From positions 84,563-148,562 of the forward strand of contig JABIDS010000009.1 of assembly GCA_018651605.1 (NCBI GenBank): a stretch of 64,000 nucleotides of DNA, read 5' to 3'. Shown piece by piece: positions 17,847 through 27,732 of this stretch. Source of the stretch: an archaeon (lineage in GTDB: Archaea > Nanobdellota > Nanobdellia > Pacearchaeales > GW2011-AR1). Both the position numbers and the translations under genes were made by a program. The notes under the pieces were generated by a model. The model was not told the origin of the DNA. It did not search any database and saw nothing but the letters and a program-made list of their open reading frames with translations. Numbering within the stretch: the first letter of the stretch is position 1; each line of letters begins with the position of its first letter.

Positions 17847-19307
17847 TTAATCATATCTAGATTTTCTTTCTCGTCTTGCTTTGTTTCTTCCAACTGGGTT
17901 TTTGTTGTCAGATCTTCTGTTGTCTCTGTTTCCGTAACTTCCACCTCTTGAGCCACCTGAACTTCTTCTGTCACCAGTTCTACCATAACTGCTTCCTCTG
18001 CTGTCTCTTCCCCCGTAACTTCCACCCCTACCGCTATCTCTTGAAGAACCACGCCCACCATATCCACCCCTAGAACTTCCACCTCTTGAATAACCTCCCC
18101 TTCTATCTCCTCCTCTTGAACCTGAACCTCTATCTCCTATATTGTGTCTTCTTGCATATCTTTGTCCTTTTGTTTCTGGCATCCACCTTATTCTTACTCT
18201 TGGGACGTAGGGAGTTTCTACATGTTCTATCTTGACTCCTTCTATGTCTAAGACATTTCTAAAATTATCATAATCTCGACTTGAGACAACATTAATTACT
18301 TTTCCTTCTTTTCCTGCTCTTGCTGTTCTTCCTATTCTGTGGATATATTCATTTGCGTCGTTTGGTGTGTCGTAATTATAAATATGACTAACTCCCTTTA
18401 TATCTAGTCCTCTTGCTGCGACATCTGTGCAAACTAAAACATGAACTTCTTTTGAATGGAATTGTTCTAAGATTCGGCTTCTTTTTTCTTGGCTGAATCC
18501 TCCGTGGATTGGTAATGATTCTATTCCCATGAACTTAAGATTGTTTGAGACAAAATCTACATTGCTTCGAGTGTTACAGAAAACCATTACTAATTTTGCT
18601 TTTTCTATTTCTAATAAATGTTTTAGTAAAGAGTATTTTAGATTGTCGTCTACATCGTAATAAATTTGTTTTAATTTGCTTGGGTCTACATGTGATTCTG
18701 CTGAGACTTCAATTGGGTTGTTCATGTAATCTTGAGCAAGTAATACTATATCTTGAGAGATTGTTGCTGAGAATAAAAGGGTTTGTCGTTTTTTTGGGCA
18801 GTTGTTGATTATTGTTTTGACGTCGTCTATGAAACCCATGTCTAACATTCTGTCTGCTTCATCTAGAACTAATGTTTTTATATTTGATAAGTCAATTGTT
18901 CCTCTTTCTATATGGTCTAGTATTCTTCCAGGTGTTCCTACAATAATGTCTGCGTATTCTAATTGTTTTATTTGAGGAATTATTGAAACTCCTCCATAAA
19001 TTGCAGAAATACTTAATGGATCGTGTTTTGAGAAATTGTCTAGTGCGTCTGCTATTTGATCTGCTAATTCTCTTGTAGGTGTTAGAACTAATGCTTGAAC
19101 TCCATAATCTTTTTTAGTGTTTTGTAAAATTCCTGAACCAAATGCTAGTGTTTTTCCTGAACCTGTTGATGCTCCAGCTATAACATCTTTTCCTTCTATA
19201 ACTAATTTAATAGTTTTTTCCTGTATTTCGCTAGGTTTTTCAAATCCGTGTTCTTCAAGAGATTTTAAGATTGGATCTGAAATTCCTAATTCTTTAAATG
19301 CTTGCAT
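17847..19307 (-). CDS. DEAD-box RNA helicase with RGG/RS-rich C-terminal tail
   Basis: AGASTGSGKTLAF, VLDEADRM, SAT and HRIGRTARAG motifs. The last ~100 aa are an Arg/Gly/Ser repeat. Confidence 0.9.
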   Translation of the reverse strand: MQAFKELGISDPILKSLEEHGFEKPSEIQEKTIKLVIEGKDVIAGASTGSGKTLAFGSGILQNTKKDYGVQALVLTPTRELADQIADALDNFSKHDPLSISAIYGGVSIIPQIKQLEYADIIVGTPGRILDHIERGTIDLSNIKTLVLDEADRMLDMGFIDDVKTIINNCPKKRQTLLFSATISQDIVLLAQDYMNNPIEVSAESHVDPSKLKQIYYDVDDNLKYSLLKHLLEIEKAKLVMVFCNTRSNVDFVSNNLKFMGIESLPIHGGFSQEKRSRILEQFHSKEVHVLVCTDVAARGLDIKGVSHIYNYDTPNDANEYIHRIGRTARAGKEGKVINVVSSRDYDNFRNVLDIEGVKIEHVETPYVPRVRIRWMPETKGQRYARRHNIGDRGSGSRGGDRRGGYSRGGSSRGGYGGRGSSRDSGRGGSYGGRDSRGSSYGRTGDRRSSGGSRGGSYGNRDNRRSDNKNPVGRNKARRERKSRYD

Positions 19308-19415
19308 TTTATTGTTTTAATTAATCACGAGAAATAGCTTTTGTATTTCTCTAACTTTTTAGATAATCTAAATTGTTAATTAATTTTTTGTATATTGAGA
19401 TTTAGTGTGGGGGGT

Positions 19416-19721
19416 TTATAAGGTTGTGGGTTTTCTATCAGGAAAAACAGATTGAGAAAGATTTTTACCCACCCTTAAATTACGAGCGTAAACTTTAGGT
19501 TGTCTTTTTATATAAGAATTAATTTTCCTTACAACCCTTCTAGTAGAAATTGCTAAAGAATTAGCCATTGACGTATTTTCTCTGTCTATTTCATCCATGT
19601 GTCTATAACCTTCTGCATAATCTCTACATAAAGAACAATTTTCGAGGGGTCTTTCTTCACATAACGGACAAATCACATTTTTTCCTGGAATGTATTTTTG
19701 AAATAGATTACTAATGCTCAT
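19416..19721 (-). CDS. hypothetical zinc-finger protein (101 aa)
   Basis: CPLC...CSLC pair near the N-terminus; basic C-terminus. Confidence 0.45.
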   Translation of the reverse strand: MSISNLFQKYIPGKNVICPLCEERPLENCSLCRDYAEGYRHMDEIDRENTSMANSLAISTRRVVRKINSYIKRQPKVYARNLRVGKNLSQSVFPDRKPTTL

Positions 19722-19755
19722 TTAATAATTAATAAAAAGGGATATTTAAGAATTG

Positions 19756-20544
19756 TTATTGTACTGTTGCTTTAATTATTGTGATGTCTTCTACAGGTTT
19801 ATCTCCTGGACCTGTTTGTGTGTTTGCAATTGTGTCAATAATATCCATTCCTTCAATAACTTTTCCGAATACAGGATGTTTGCTTGTTGATGGTTCTTTG
19901 TCCCAATCTAAGAATGTGTTATCTACAAGATTTATGAAGAATTGGCTTGAGCCTGTGTTTGGGCCTCTGTTTGCCATTGAGATTGTATATTTTAAGTTTG
20001 AGTTTCCTTGTATGTATTCGTCTTGAATTTCTGGAATTGATGAGTCGCCCATTCCTGTTCCTGTTGGGTCTCCTCCTTGAATCATGAAATTTTTAATTAC
20101 TCTATGAAATATTACTCCGTCATAGGTTCCTTTTTCGACTAGGGTTTTGAAATTGTTTGTTGTTATTGGACTGTTTGTGTAGAGTTCTATGACTATGTTT
20201 CCTTTATTTGTTTCTAATAATATTTTTGTTGATTGTGTTTCTTGTTCCATGTTGTTTACTACGTAGCCTATCATTTTTGAGCCTACGAAAATTATTAATA
20301 TGATAAGAAAAATGCCTGTTATAAGTTTTGTGATGTTTGTTTTTGGTGTTTGATTATTGATTTCTATATTGGTTTCTTGAGTTTGTGATTGAGTTGGTTG
20401 TGGTTGTTCTTGTGGATTTTCTGGTTGTGGTTCTGGTTTTGGTTGTTCTTCTGGTTGTGGTTCTGGTTTTGGTTGTTCTTCATGGGTTGGTTCTGGTTCT
20501 GAGATTTCTTTTGGATTTTGGTTTGAAGGGTTTGGTTCTTCCAT
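19756..20544 (-). CDS. cyclophilin-type peptidyl-prolyl isomerase, membrane-anchored, with P/E/Q-rich N-terminus
   Basis: FHRVIKNFMIQGGDP and SMANRGPNTGSSQFFI. The N-terminus carries an EEQPKPEPQP tandem repeat and one TM helix. Confidence 0.9.
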   Translation of the reverse strand: MEEPNPSNQNPKEISEPEPTHEEQPKPEPQPEEQPKPEPQPENPQEQPQPTQSQTQETNIEINNQTPKTNITKLITGIFLIILIIFVGSKMIGYVVNNMEQETQSTKILLETNKGNIVIELYTNSPITTNNFKTLVEKGTYDGVIFHRVIKNFMIQGGDPTGTGMGDSSIPEIQDEYIQGNSNLKYTISMANRGPNTGSSQFFINLVDNTFLDWDKEPSTSKHPVFGKVIEGMDIIDTIANTQTGPGDKPVEDITIIKATVQ

Positions 20545-20584
20545 GGTTAATTTAGATTAAAGTTGTTTATAAATTTAACTGGGT

Positions 20585-21859
20585 TTATCTCCAATTATTA
20601 TTTCCGAAAACTTCATCTAAGACATCCTTACTTGCGTTGTTGATATTGCATTTTTCGCAGAGGTTGTTTTTTAATTGGTATTTTGGAAGTTCTCTTTTGC
20701 AGTTGTTGCAAGAGGTTATGCAATTTATGCAGAGGTTTTCTGAATTTATGGTTCTTGTGTGGTCTTTACAGAATATTTTTCTGCAGTTGTTGCATTTTAT
20801 TTGACATTTGCATAATTTTATATTGCAGATTGAACATTCTTCGAGGTTGCATTTTTTGCAATAGATTTCGTTGCAAGAATTGCATCTGTCTCCGCAATTT
20901 TTGCATGTGATGTGTCCTGATGAGCATAGGATTATTTCGTTTATTTCTTCATTGCAATTGTTGCAAGTTATTGGGTTGAATTCTCTTGTTAGTGGGTTGA
21001 ATGTTAATTGTGTTGTTGTTTGAGAGGTTTCATTTTTTAGGGTTAGATTATATATGAAGATAGGGTAATAGATTATGGTTGTGTTCATGAGCTTGTTTTT
21101 AATGTTTAGGCTGTGTTTTTGCATTTCATCGTTTAGGAAAAATTTTTCTTCTTTTCTTAATTCTCGAATTTTTTCTTGAGGATTATTTGATTTGTTTTCT
21201 ATTTCATTTACGCTTGATTGATAGTGTTTTTGTATTCTGTCTGTTTCTTTTTTCAAGCATTTTTTTAATTCTTTTCCTACTGTTTGAGTTTTGTATTCTA
21301 TTAATGATTTTAATTTTTCTTTGGCAATTGTGTAATCTTTCTTTATGCTTTCGCTGGGTATTTCTTTTATGTTCCCTTCGCTAGTGTTGTAGCTTGTTAA
21401 ATAGAAATCTGTTACTTGATTGTCTTTTATGTAAATTGTGTTCATGATTTGTTCTCTTTCGTTTAGATATTGAAATGTTGTCATGAATGTGAATCTTGTG
21501 AAGAATTTTGGAGTTTCGGTTTTGTCTATGTTTAGAATTTGACAGTTTCTTAATGGGAATTTGTTTGTGATTTCTACTTTGGGTTCTAGGTTGAAATCTA
21601 TTTTTAGTAAGGTTGTTTGACATAGACTTTCTAGGTATTTGTTCATTGTTTTTAAGAGGTATGAGCCTTGAGTTATTAGTTCTGCTCCGTCTATGTTGTC
21701 TTCGCTGTTGAATGCTAGAATAAATGGTTCTGGTTTTCCTGCTAATTTTTGAAAATCTTCTGGTATGTTTTTTATGAATAGTAGGTTGTTTTTTGTTTCT
21801 ATTTCACAGTTGAGGTTTTTGAAGAAATTTATTGTGAAGGTTTTTATTGGGTTTTGCAT
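20585..21859 (-). CDS. hypothetical protein with C-terminal array of about nine CxxC pairs (multiple zinc ribbons)
   Basis: The last ~125 aa contain CNNC, CKNC, CNSC, CKKC, CSIC, CNNC, CINC, CNNC and CEKC. It lies directly downstream of the SNF2 helicase gene on the same strand. Confidence 0.6.
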   Translation of the reverse strand: MQNPIKTFTINFFKNLNCEIETKNNLLFIKNIPEDFQKLAGKPEPFILAFNSEDNIDGAELITQGSYLLKTMNKYLESLCQTTLLKIDFNLEPKVEITNKFPLRNCQILNIDKTETPKFFTRFTFMTTFQYLNEREQIMNTIYIKDNQVTDFYLTSYNTSEGNIKEIPSESIKKDYTIAKEKLKSLIEYKTQTVGKELKKCLKKETDRIQKHYQSSVNEIENKSNNPQEKIRELRKEEKFFLNDEMQKHSLNIKNKLMNTTIIYYPIFIYNLTLKNETSQTTTQLTFNPLTREFNPITCNNCNEEINEIILCSSGHITCKNCGDRCNSCNEIYCKKCNLEECSICNIKLCKCQIKCNNCRKIFCKDHTRTINSENLCINCITSCNNCKRELPKYQLKNNLCEKCNINNASKDVLDEVFGNNNWR

Positions 21860-21964
21860 GTTGGGAGAAGGAGTGGGTGGTTTTTAAGTTTTATACAGAT
21901 AAAATAAGAGCCTGTTCAAACCCAGACTTTCATGTGTAGGTGTCCCATTGTCTTTCTTATAATA

Positions 21965-23752
21965 CTATATCTCATCTAACAATTCTTGATTATAATTATT
22001 TTCTTCCCTATATGCCTCAATTCCTTCATCGATTAATTCTGCTATTTTGTCAACCTCTGAGGAAAACATTTCAAGGTTGTTTTTTGAATCAATGAAAGAG
22101 TTCATAAGTCGTTCCTCTATTTTGTTTACGCCTTTTTCGCTGTAGCCGTCGAGTCCTAGATTGAAAAGAATGATTGGTAGTTCTCCGATTACTAATCCGA
22201 CGCAACACATTTTATTTATTATTAAATCCACGACATGTTCTTCCATTGTTCCTTTTGTCGCAAGGCTGTAAATGTTCATGTCTCTTTTTTGTCCTATTCT
22301 GTCGAGTCTTCCTATTCTTTGTTCAACTGACATTGGATTCCAAGGGAGGTCGTAGTTGATTAGGCTGTTACAGAATTGAAAGTTTAATCCTTCGCATCCT
22401 GTTTCAGTGCTTATCATTATCTCTGCTGAGTTTTTGAATTCTAGGATTCTTTTTGTTTTTTCTTCTCTATCTAGTCCTCCTACAAATTCAATTACTTTGA
22501 GTCCTAATGGTCTTAATTGTTCTGCGATGTATCTTAGAGTTGTTGGATGTTTTGTGTAGATTAACATTTTTGAGTCAGGTATATTTGTAAAGTTGTCTTG
22601 GACTATGTCTAAGAGTTTGTTTATTTTTGAATCTGTTTTTAGATTGTTGTAGGCATTGAGGATTCTTTGTGCTCTGTCTTTTGTTTTTTCATGGTATTTT
22701 TCATTGTTAATCATATTTGTTAGAGATTCTTTTGCTGATGCTATTGAACTTGTTATCTTTGGTAGAATTGCGTAAACTGCTAGTTTGCCATTTATTTCGT
22801 TTCCTGATGCAGAGAAGTATTGTTTTTTTATTAGGTCGCACATTTCTTCGTAGACTTCCATTTCTGGTTTTGTCAAATCTACTGGGACAACTTTTGGGAT
22901 TCTTTTTGTATAATTTATTTTTGTTTCGCTTCTCTTTCTTCTTACCATTAATTGGTTTAGTTTTCTTTTTAGTTCATAGGGGTTTAGTGGATATCTTTTG
23001 TTTCCTCTGTTTAGGAAATTTTTTCTGAATTCTTGAACTGTTCCTAAGTGTCCTCTTTTTAAAATGTGTAGTAGATTGTATAATTCTAGTAGGTCATTTT
23101 GGAAAGGGGTTGCTGTTAGGATTAGGAATCTTTTCTTTTTTATTTTATCTACAAATCTCCATCTTGTTGTTGTTCTGGATTTTAATTTGTGTGCCTCGTC
23201 TACTACTAGTAAGTCCCATTGAATGTCGTGGGCGTCTTTGTGTCTGAATTCTCCTATTTCTCTGTTGTATGCTTTTACTCTGTCTATGGAGGCTATTGCG
23301 AAGTTAGTATTTTTCCAATCTTTATCACTTTCTATAATTGTGAAATCTAATTCAAATTTTTCTTTTAATTCTGCTACCCATTGGTCTACTAGTGAGGGCG
23401 GTGTGAGGATTAATATTTTTTTTGTGAATCCTCTCATAATGCATTCTTTTAAGACTATTCCTGTTGTTATTGTTTTTCCTAAACCTACTTCATCTGCTAA
23501 TAATGCGGTACAGTTGAAATCTTTTAAAATCTTTAATGCTCCTTCTTTTTGATAGGCGAAATGATATTCTAAATTTTTTTTGACAACATCCCAGGAGATT
23601 AGTTCGTTGATTTCATTTTTTTTGTTGATTTCTTCTGCGGAGACTTTTAGGCTTAGCATTTCTTGAGATGAGAAATCGTTTTTTTCTACTTTGTCGAAAA
23701 GCATATCTACATTGTCGTCTGCAAATGATTCGTTGATTATTATTTCGTCCAT
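21965..23752 (-). CDS. SNF2-family (Swi2/Rad54-like) helicase/ATPase
   Basis: LADEVGLGKTI (I), VVDEAHKLK (II), LTATPFQN (III), DLPWNPMSVEQRIGRLDRIGQ (V-VI). Confidence 0.9.
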   Translation of the reverse strand: MDEIIINESFADDNVDMLFDKVEKNDFSSQEMLSLKVSAEEINKKNEINELISWDVVKKNLEYHFAYQKEGALKILKDFNCTALLADEVGLGKTITTGIVLKECIMRGFTKKILILTPPSLVDQWVAELKEKFELDFTIIESDKDWKNTNFAIASIDRVKAYNREIGEFRHKDAHDIQWDLLVVDEAHKLKSRTTTRWRFVDKIKKKRFLILTATPFQNDLLELYNLLHILKRGHLGTVQEFRKNFLNRGNKRYPLNPYELKRKLNQLMVRRKRSETKINYTKRIPKVVPVDLTKPEMEVYEEMCDLIKKQYFSASGNEINGKLAVYAILPKITSSIASAKESLTNMINNEKYHEKTKDRAQRILNAYNNLKTDSKINKLLDIVQDNFTNIPDSKMLIYTKHPTTLRYIAEQLRPLGLKVIEFVGGLDREEKTKRILEFKNSAEIMISTETGCEGLNFQFCNSLINYDLPWNPMSVEQRIGRLDRIGQKRDMNIYSLATKGTMEEHVVDLIINKMCCVGLVIGELPIILFNLGLDGYSEKGVNKIEERLMNSFIDSKNNLEMFSSEVDKIAELIDEGIEAYREENNYNQELLDEI

Positions 23753-23829
23753 TGTTTCACCTTCTTGTAGTTTTTAGAAAAATTAGAGGGGTTTAACTTG
23801 GGATTAAAGGGGTTTCTGATTTTTCTGAT

Positions 23830-23874
23830 TCAGAGAAATGGTGGCGGTTCTTGGTAGAAATGCTATTTCTCTGA
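23830..23874 (+). repeat. TCAGAGAA palindromic module (10-bp stem, 25-nt loop)
   Basis: tcagagaaat...atttctctga, with the flanking gatt shared with the 16325-16347 copy. Confidence 0.65.
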
Positions 23875-23930
23875 TAAGAATTAGGTTAAAAAAAGAAAGG
23901 AGGTTTTTAAGGATTGGGGTGATTGTTGGA

Positions 23931-24335
23931 TTAAATATAAAATATTCCAATCTGAATTAATCCAATTAAGAATCCGATTAATCCTCCAATCCATGTTATG
24001 AATCTGAGTTCTTTTTGTGCAACTCTTAGAACTATTGATTCTAGTTGTGTTATGGATAGAGAATTTATTTGGTTTTCTACGGAGTTTTTTATGTATTGTA
24101 TTGTTGCTGTTCCGATTATTGGGATTTTTTCTATTTCTCTTAGATTTGATGGGATTAATTCTATTGAGACATCTCCGATTCTTTGAGCTAGTTGTTTTCT
24201 GTGTTTTGGTAATAATCCTTGGATTCCTAGGATTTTTGTTCTTGGGTGAAAGAGCATTTTTATTGCTAGGTAATTTGTTGAATATCCAATTATGAAACCG
24301 ATTAGGGGGATAAGGATTAGTTTGTAGTCTATCAT
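23931..24335 (-). CDS. small membrane protein, DUF445-like
   Basis: GYSTNYLAIKMLFHPR N-terminal motif plus a C-terminal TM helix. Confidence 0.55.
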   Translation of the reverse strand: MIDYKLILIPLIGFIIGYSTNYLAIKMLFHPRTKILGIQGLLPKHRKQLAQRIGDVSIELIPSNLREIEKIPIIGTATIQYIKNSVENQINSLSITQLESIVLRVAQKELRFITWIGGLIGFLIGLIQIGIFYI

Positions 24336-24425
24336 GATATGGAGTTGTTTGTATGGTTATTAAATTTGTTGGTGATGTTGATTATTTAGGCAAAGACTTA
24401 AAAAGGCTTTTTTCTACAAAAAAAT

Positions 24426-25064
24426 ATGGTAGTTGAAAAAAATAATAAAGTGACTGTTGAATATGAAGGTAGATTTGATAATAAAGATGGCGAGGTTTTT
24501 GATAGTTCTGAAGGAAAGGAGCCGTTGAATTTTGTAGTTGGGATTGGAATGGTTGTGCCTGGTTTTGATAATGCTATTATTGGAATGGATAAGGGGCAAG
24601 AGAAAGAGATTACTTTGACTAAAGATGAGGCATATGGAGATTATAGGGATGAATTGAAGCAAAAGGTTCCTAGGAATGTTATACCTCAAGATCAGAAGCC
24701 TGAAGTTGGTATGATGATGATTATGGCTACACCTCAAGGACAGCAAATGCCTGCTAAAATTACTGAAGTTACAGATGAAGAGATTACTTTGGATATTAAT
24801 CATCCTTTGGCTGGGAAGGCACTTTATTTTAAAATAAAATTAGTAGATTATTCTGAGATGGATTCTGAGGAGTTGAAGAAGATGACTCAACCTCAGGAGC
24901 ATAATTGTAGTTGTTCTGAAGATGATGCTTGTAAAACTGGAGAGGAAGATTGTAAGTGTTCTGAAGATGGTAAGTGTGTAGATGATTCTAAGGTTGAAGA
25001 TGGTGTGGTTGGTGGGGATAAGAAAGATGAAGTTTCTATTGAAGATTTAGCTGAGGGAAAATAG
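24426..25064 (+). CDS. FKBP-type peptidyl-prolyl isomerase (SlyD-like) with acidic Cys-containing tail
   Basis: VTVEYEGRF...GEVFDSS, VPGFDNAIIGMDKGQ, INHPLAGK. Confidence 0.85.
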   Translation: MVVEKNNKVTVEYEGRFDNKDGEVFDSSEGKEPLNFVVGIGMVVPGFDNAIIGMDKGQEKEITLTKDEAYGDYRDELKQKVPRNVIPQDQKPEVGMMMIMATPQGQQMPAKITEVTDEEITLDINHPLAGKALYFKIKLVDYSEMDSEELKKMTQPQEHNCSCSEDDACKTGEEDCKCSEDGKCVDDSKVEDGVVGGDKKDEVSIEDLAEGK

Positions 25065-25112
25065 TAATTCTAATAATTAAAGATTTATAAAGAGTAGAGA
25101 ATAATATATAAT

Positions 25113-26810
25113 ATGGGAAAACAAAAATTTCAAAAGAATAAAGGAAAATTTAAGAAAGATAATTTTAAAGGTAAAGGGAATTCTGGTGAGGGTGGATTTA
25201 GAAAGAGTTTTGGTAAGGCTGGTTTTAAAGATAAACCTCGATTTCAAGAGAATCCAGAGTTGGTTGATATTTGTGATGTGAGTTCTGATTTAGCTAAGCA
25301 AACTATTGAAGTAAAGGGTTTGGTTGAGAGAGTTGTGCAGACTGGTGGGCCGACTGTTTTTATGATTTCTGATGGAACTGGGACTTTGGGTTTGAAAGGA
25401 TTTGAAGGACCTGGTGAAAGGGCATATCCTGAGATTGAAGAAGGAGATAGTGTTAAGGCGATTGTAAGTATTGGGGAGTTTAATGGGGAGCTTGAGGGAG
25501 ATATTAAGAAGATTTCAAAGTTGAGTGAAAAAGAGCATGAAGGTTATTTGAAGAAAATTTTAGATATTCAGAAAGAACGTGCTAAGGTTGAGGAAATTGA
25601 TTTTTTAGTTAAGAGTCCTATTCTGGATAAGTTGAAGGATAATTTTTTTAAGGCGGCTATGGAGATTCGGCTTGCGATAATTCAGGGGCGTCCGATAATT
25701 GTTAGACATCATAATGATACTGATGGTTATAGTGCTGGTTTTGCTTTGGAGAGGGCTATTTTGCCTTTGATTTTGAAGGAGCATAGTTCTGATAAAGCTG
25801 GTTGGGAGTTTTTTTTAAGGGCTCCGTGTGCTGCGCCGTTTTATGAAATTGATGATTCTATTAGAGATGCTGCGCAGTCGTTGAGAAATGTTGCAAAGTT
25901 TTCAAATAAAATGCCATTAGTTGTTATTGCAGATAATGGTTCTAGTCCTGAGGATTTGCTTGGGATAAAACATGGTAAAGTTCATGGGATGGAGTTTATT
26001 GTTATTGATCATCACTTTTCTGATGAGGATGTTATTACTGATGAAGTTTTAGTTCATATTAATCCTTTTTTAGTTGGTGAGAATGGTTCTGCGTTTTCTG
26101 CTGGAATGCTTTGTACTGAGCTTGCGAGATTAATTAATAATGTTGATAATTTAGAGCAGATTCCTGCGATGGCTGGGTTTGCTGATAGAATTGATTTGGA
26201 AAATCCTGCTGTTATGGAGGATTATTTGAAGATTGCTAAGAAACAGGGTTATACTAAGGATTTGTTGCATGATATTTCTAAGGTTATTGATTTTGTTTCT
26301 GCGAAGGTTCGGTTTATGGAAGTTCGTGAATATATGGAGGCTGTTTTTGGTGAGCCAAGAGAGAAGCAAAAGGCTTTGGTTGGTTTGTTGGCGCCGCATA
26401 TAAAGAAGTTGGAGAAGAAGGGTTTGGCTATTTCAAATGCTAATGCTACTACTGAGGAAATTGGTAAGACTACTTTGCAGATTATTGATATTGATAAGAC
26501 TTTTCCTGGTTTTGGTTTTTATCCTAAGCCTGGTATGGCTGTTGGAATGACTCATGATGATTTGCAGAAAACTAAGGGTGTTACTAGTTTGGTTTCAATT
26601 GGTTTGATGAATACTGCGATTACTATTCGTGCAACTGATGGTGCTAATTTTTCTGTTCATGATTTGATAACTTTTTTGAATAAAAAATTGCCTAATGCTT
26701 TTGTTGAAGGTGGTGGGCATAAGAATGCGGGGAGTATTAATTTTATTCCTAGTAAGAAGGATGAAGTTATGGCAGGACTGAGGGAGTTTATTGGGGAGAG
26801 AAAGGGGTAG
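25113..26810 (+). CDS. RecJ/GAN-like DHH-family nuclease with N-terminal K-rich segment and OB-fold
   Basis: HHNDTDGYSAG, ADNGS, VIDHHF (DHH) and GGGHKNAGS (DHHA1). The OB-like segment is VKGLVERVVQTGGPTVFMISDGTG. Confidence 0.8.
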   Translation: MGKQKFQKNKGKFKKDNFKGKGNSGEGGFRKSFGKAGFKDKPRFQENPELVDICDVSSDLAKQTIEVKGLVERVVQTGGPTVFMISDGTGTLGLKGFEGPGERAYPEIEEGDSVKAIVSIGEFNGELEGDIKKISKLSEKEHEGYLKKILDIQKERAKVEEIDFLVKSPILDKLKDNFFKAAMEIRLAIIQGRPIIVRHHNDTDGYSAGFALERAILPLILKEHSSDKAGWEFFLRAPCAAPFYEIDDSIRDAAQSLRNVAKFSNKMPLVVIADNGSSPEDLLGIKHGKVHGMEFIVIDHHFSDEDVITDEVLVHINPFLVGENGSAFSAGMLCTELARLINNVDNLEQIPAMAGFADRIDLENPAVMEDYLKIAKKQGYTKDLLHDISKVIDFVSAKVRFMEVREYMEAVFGEPREKQKALVGLLAPHIKKLEKKGLAISNANATTEEIGKTTLQIIDIDKTFPGFGFYPKPGMAVGMTHDDLQKTKGVTSLVSIGLMNTAITIRATDGANFSVHDLITFLNKKLPNAFVEGGGHKNAGSINFIPSKKDEVMAGLREFIGERKG

Positions 26811-26834
26811 TCCTGAATTTGTTTAGGGGGTTTG

Positions 26835-27098
26835 TTAAGGGTCGTTAGTTTGTTTAAACCAATCTAATTTTTCCCATTTTGATAATTGTTTAATTGCATA
26901 TTCACATTTGCAGGCATCTGATTTATCTTTGCATTCTTGAACTCTGAGTAATTCTTTGAATCCTTTTCTTCCTACGTATTTACTTCCTTTTCCAATTTCA
27001 TGGGCTTTCATTCTCGCATCTATGTTGTTTGTTACACCTGTATAAAATGAGCCGTCACAGCATTCTAGAAGATATACACACCAGATTTTGTTTGTCAT
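26835..27098 (-). CDS. GIY-YIG nuclease family protein (small, stand-alone)
   Basis: CVYLLECCDGSFYTGVTNNIDARMKAHE matches the GIY-YIG core. Confidence 0.8.
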   Translation of the reverse strand: MTNKIWCVYLLECCDGSFYTGVTNNIDARMKAHEIGKGSKYVGRKGFKELLRVQECKDKSDACKCEYAIKQLSKWEKLDWFKQTNDP

Positions 27099-27136
27099 AG
27101 GATAAATAATTATTTAGAACTAATTAAGCTTGTTGT

Positions 27137-27604
27137 TTATTCAGCTTTATCTTCTTTTGTATCTGTTTTTTCTTCAGATTGATTTTCTTGGTTGTCTTCT
27201 TCCTCTTCATATTCTTCATCTTCAAGTTCTAAATCTTCTAAAACTGAAAGTATTTTATCAAGTTTTTTGTTAAGTGTTTCAAATTGTTCTTGAGATATTC
27301 CTGATTGAGATGGTCTATCTTGGTTTCTTGAATTGTTGCTTCTTGAGTCACTATTATTCCTAAAACAATCGCTGCATAAAACTGGTTTGTTTCCTGAAGG
27401 TTTAAATGGAACTTGACATTCTTTTCCACATTTGTCGCATGTAACATCATGCATTTCTTGAGATCTTCGGTCACTTCTTCCAGAATTTCTGTCTCGTCCA
27501 AATCCTCCTCTTCCTCCAGAACGATTGTTGTTTCCAAATCTACTTGGACCACGTCTATCATCTCTACCTGATCTGTTTCCATTGTTTGGTCTAAAGTTTC
27601 CCAT
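27137..27604 (-). CDS. CxxC-x17-CxxC zinc-ribbon protein with RGG-rich N-terminus and acidic tail
   Basis: CDKCGKECQVPFKPSGNKPVLCSDC; N-terminal RGG/RS repeats; C-terminal E/D run. Confidence 0.7.
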   Translation of the reverse strand: MGNFRPNNGNRSGRDDRRGPSRFGNNNRSGGRGGFGRDRNSGRSDRRSQEMHDVTCDKCGKECQVPFKPSGNKPVLCSDCFRNNSDSRSNNSRNQDRPSQSGISQEQFETLNKKLDKILSVLEDLELEDEEYEEEEDNQENQSEEKTDTKEDKAE

Positions 27605-27732
27605 AGAGATTTATCATAATGTTAGTATATAAAGTTATGTTATTGGATGAAAATAACTTAGAGGGTTATTTAGATATAACTAATTAGTAGTAACATAACA
27701 AGGTTTATATACCTAGATTTTTCTGTTTAATT

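Noticed and set aside
17831-18082. Alternative-frame ORFs over the helicase RGG tails (17831-18082, 27238-27582, 28874-29290).
   Set aside because: They are repetitive low-complexity DNA read in other frames. The main frames are continuous with the conserved helicase or zinc-ribbon domains.
20330-20544. 33-nt tandem repeat (ggttgttcttctggttgtggttctggttttggt) as a possible non-coding repeat.
   Set aside because: It lies in frame within the cyclophilin N-terminus and encodes an EEQPKPEPQP linker. It is a coding low-complexity repeat.
21860-21964. Spacer between the SNF2 gene and the Cys-rich gene, checked for a small RNA or repeat copy.
   Set aside because: No similarity to the repeat family and no convincing stem-loop or tRNA-like fold could be read.
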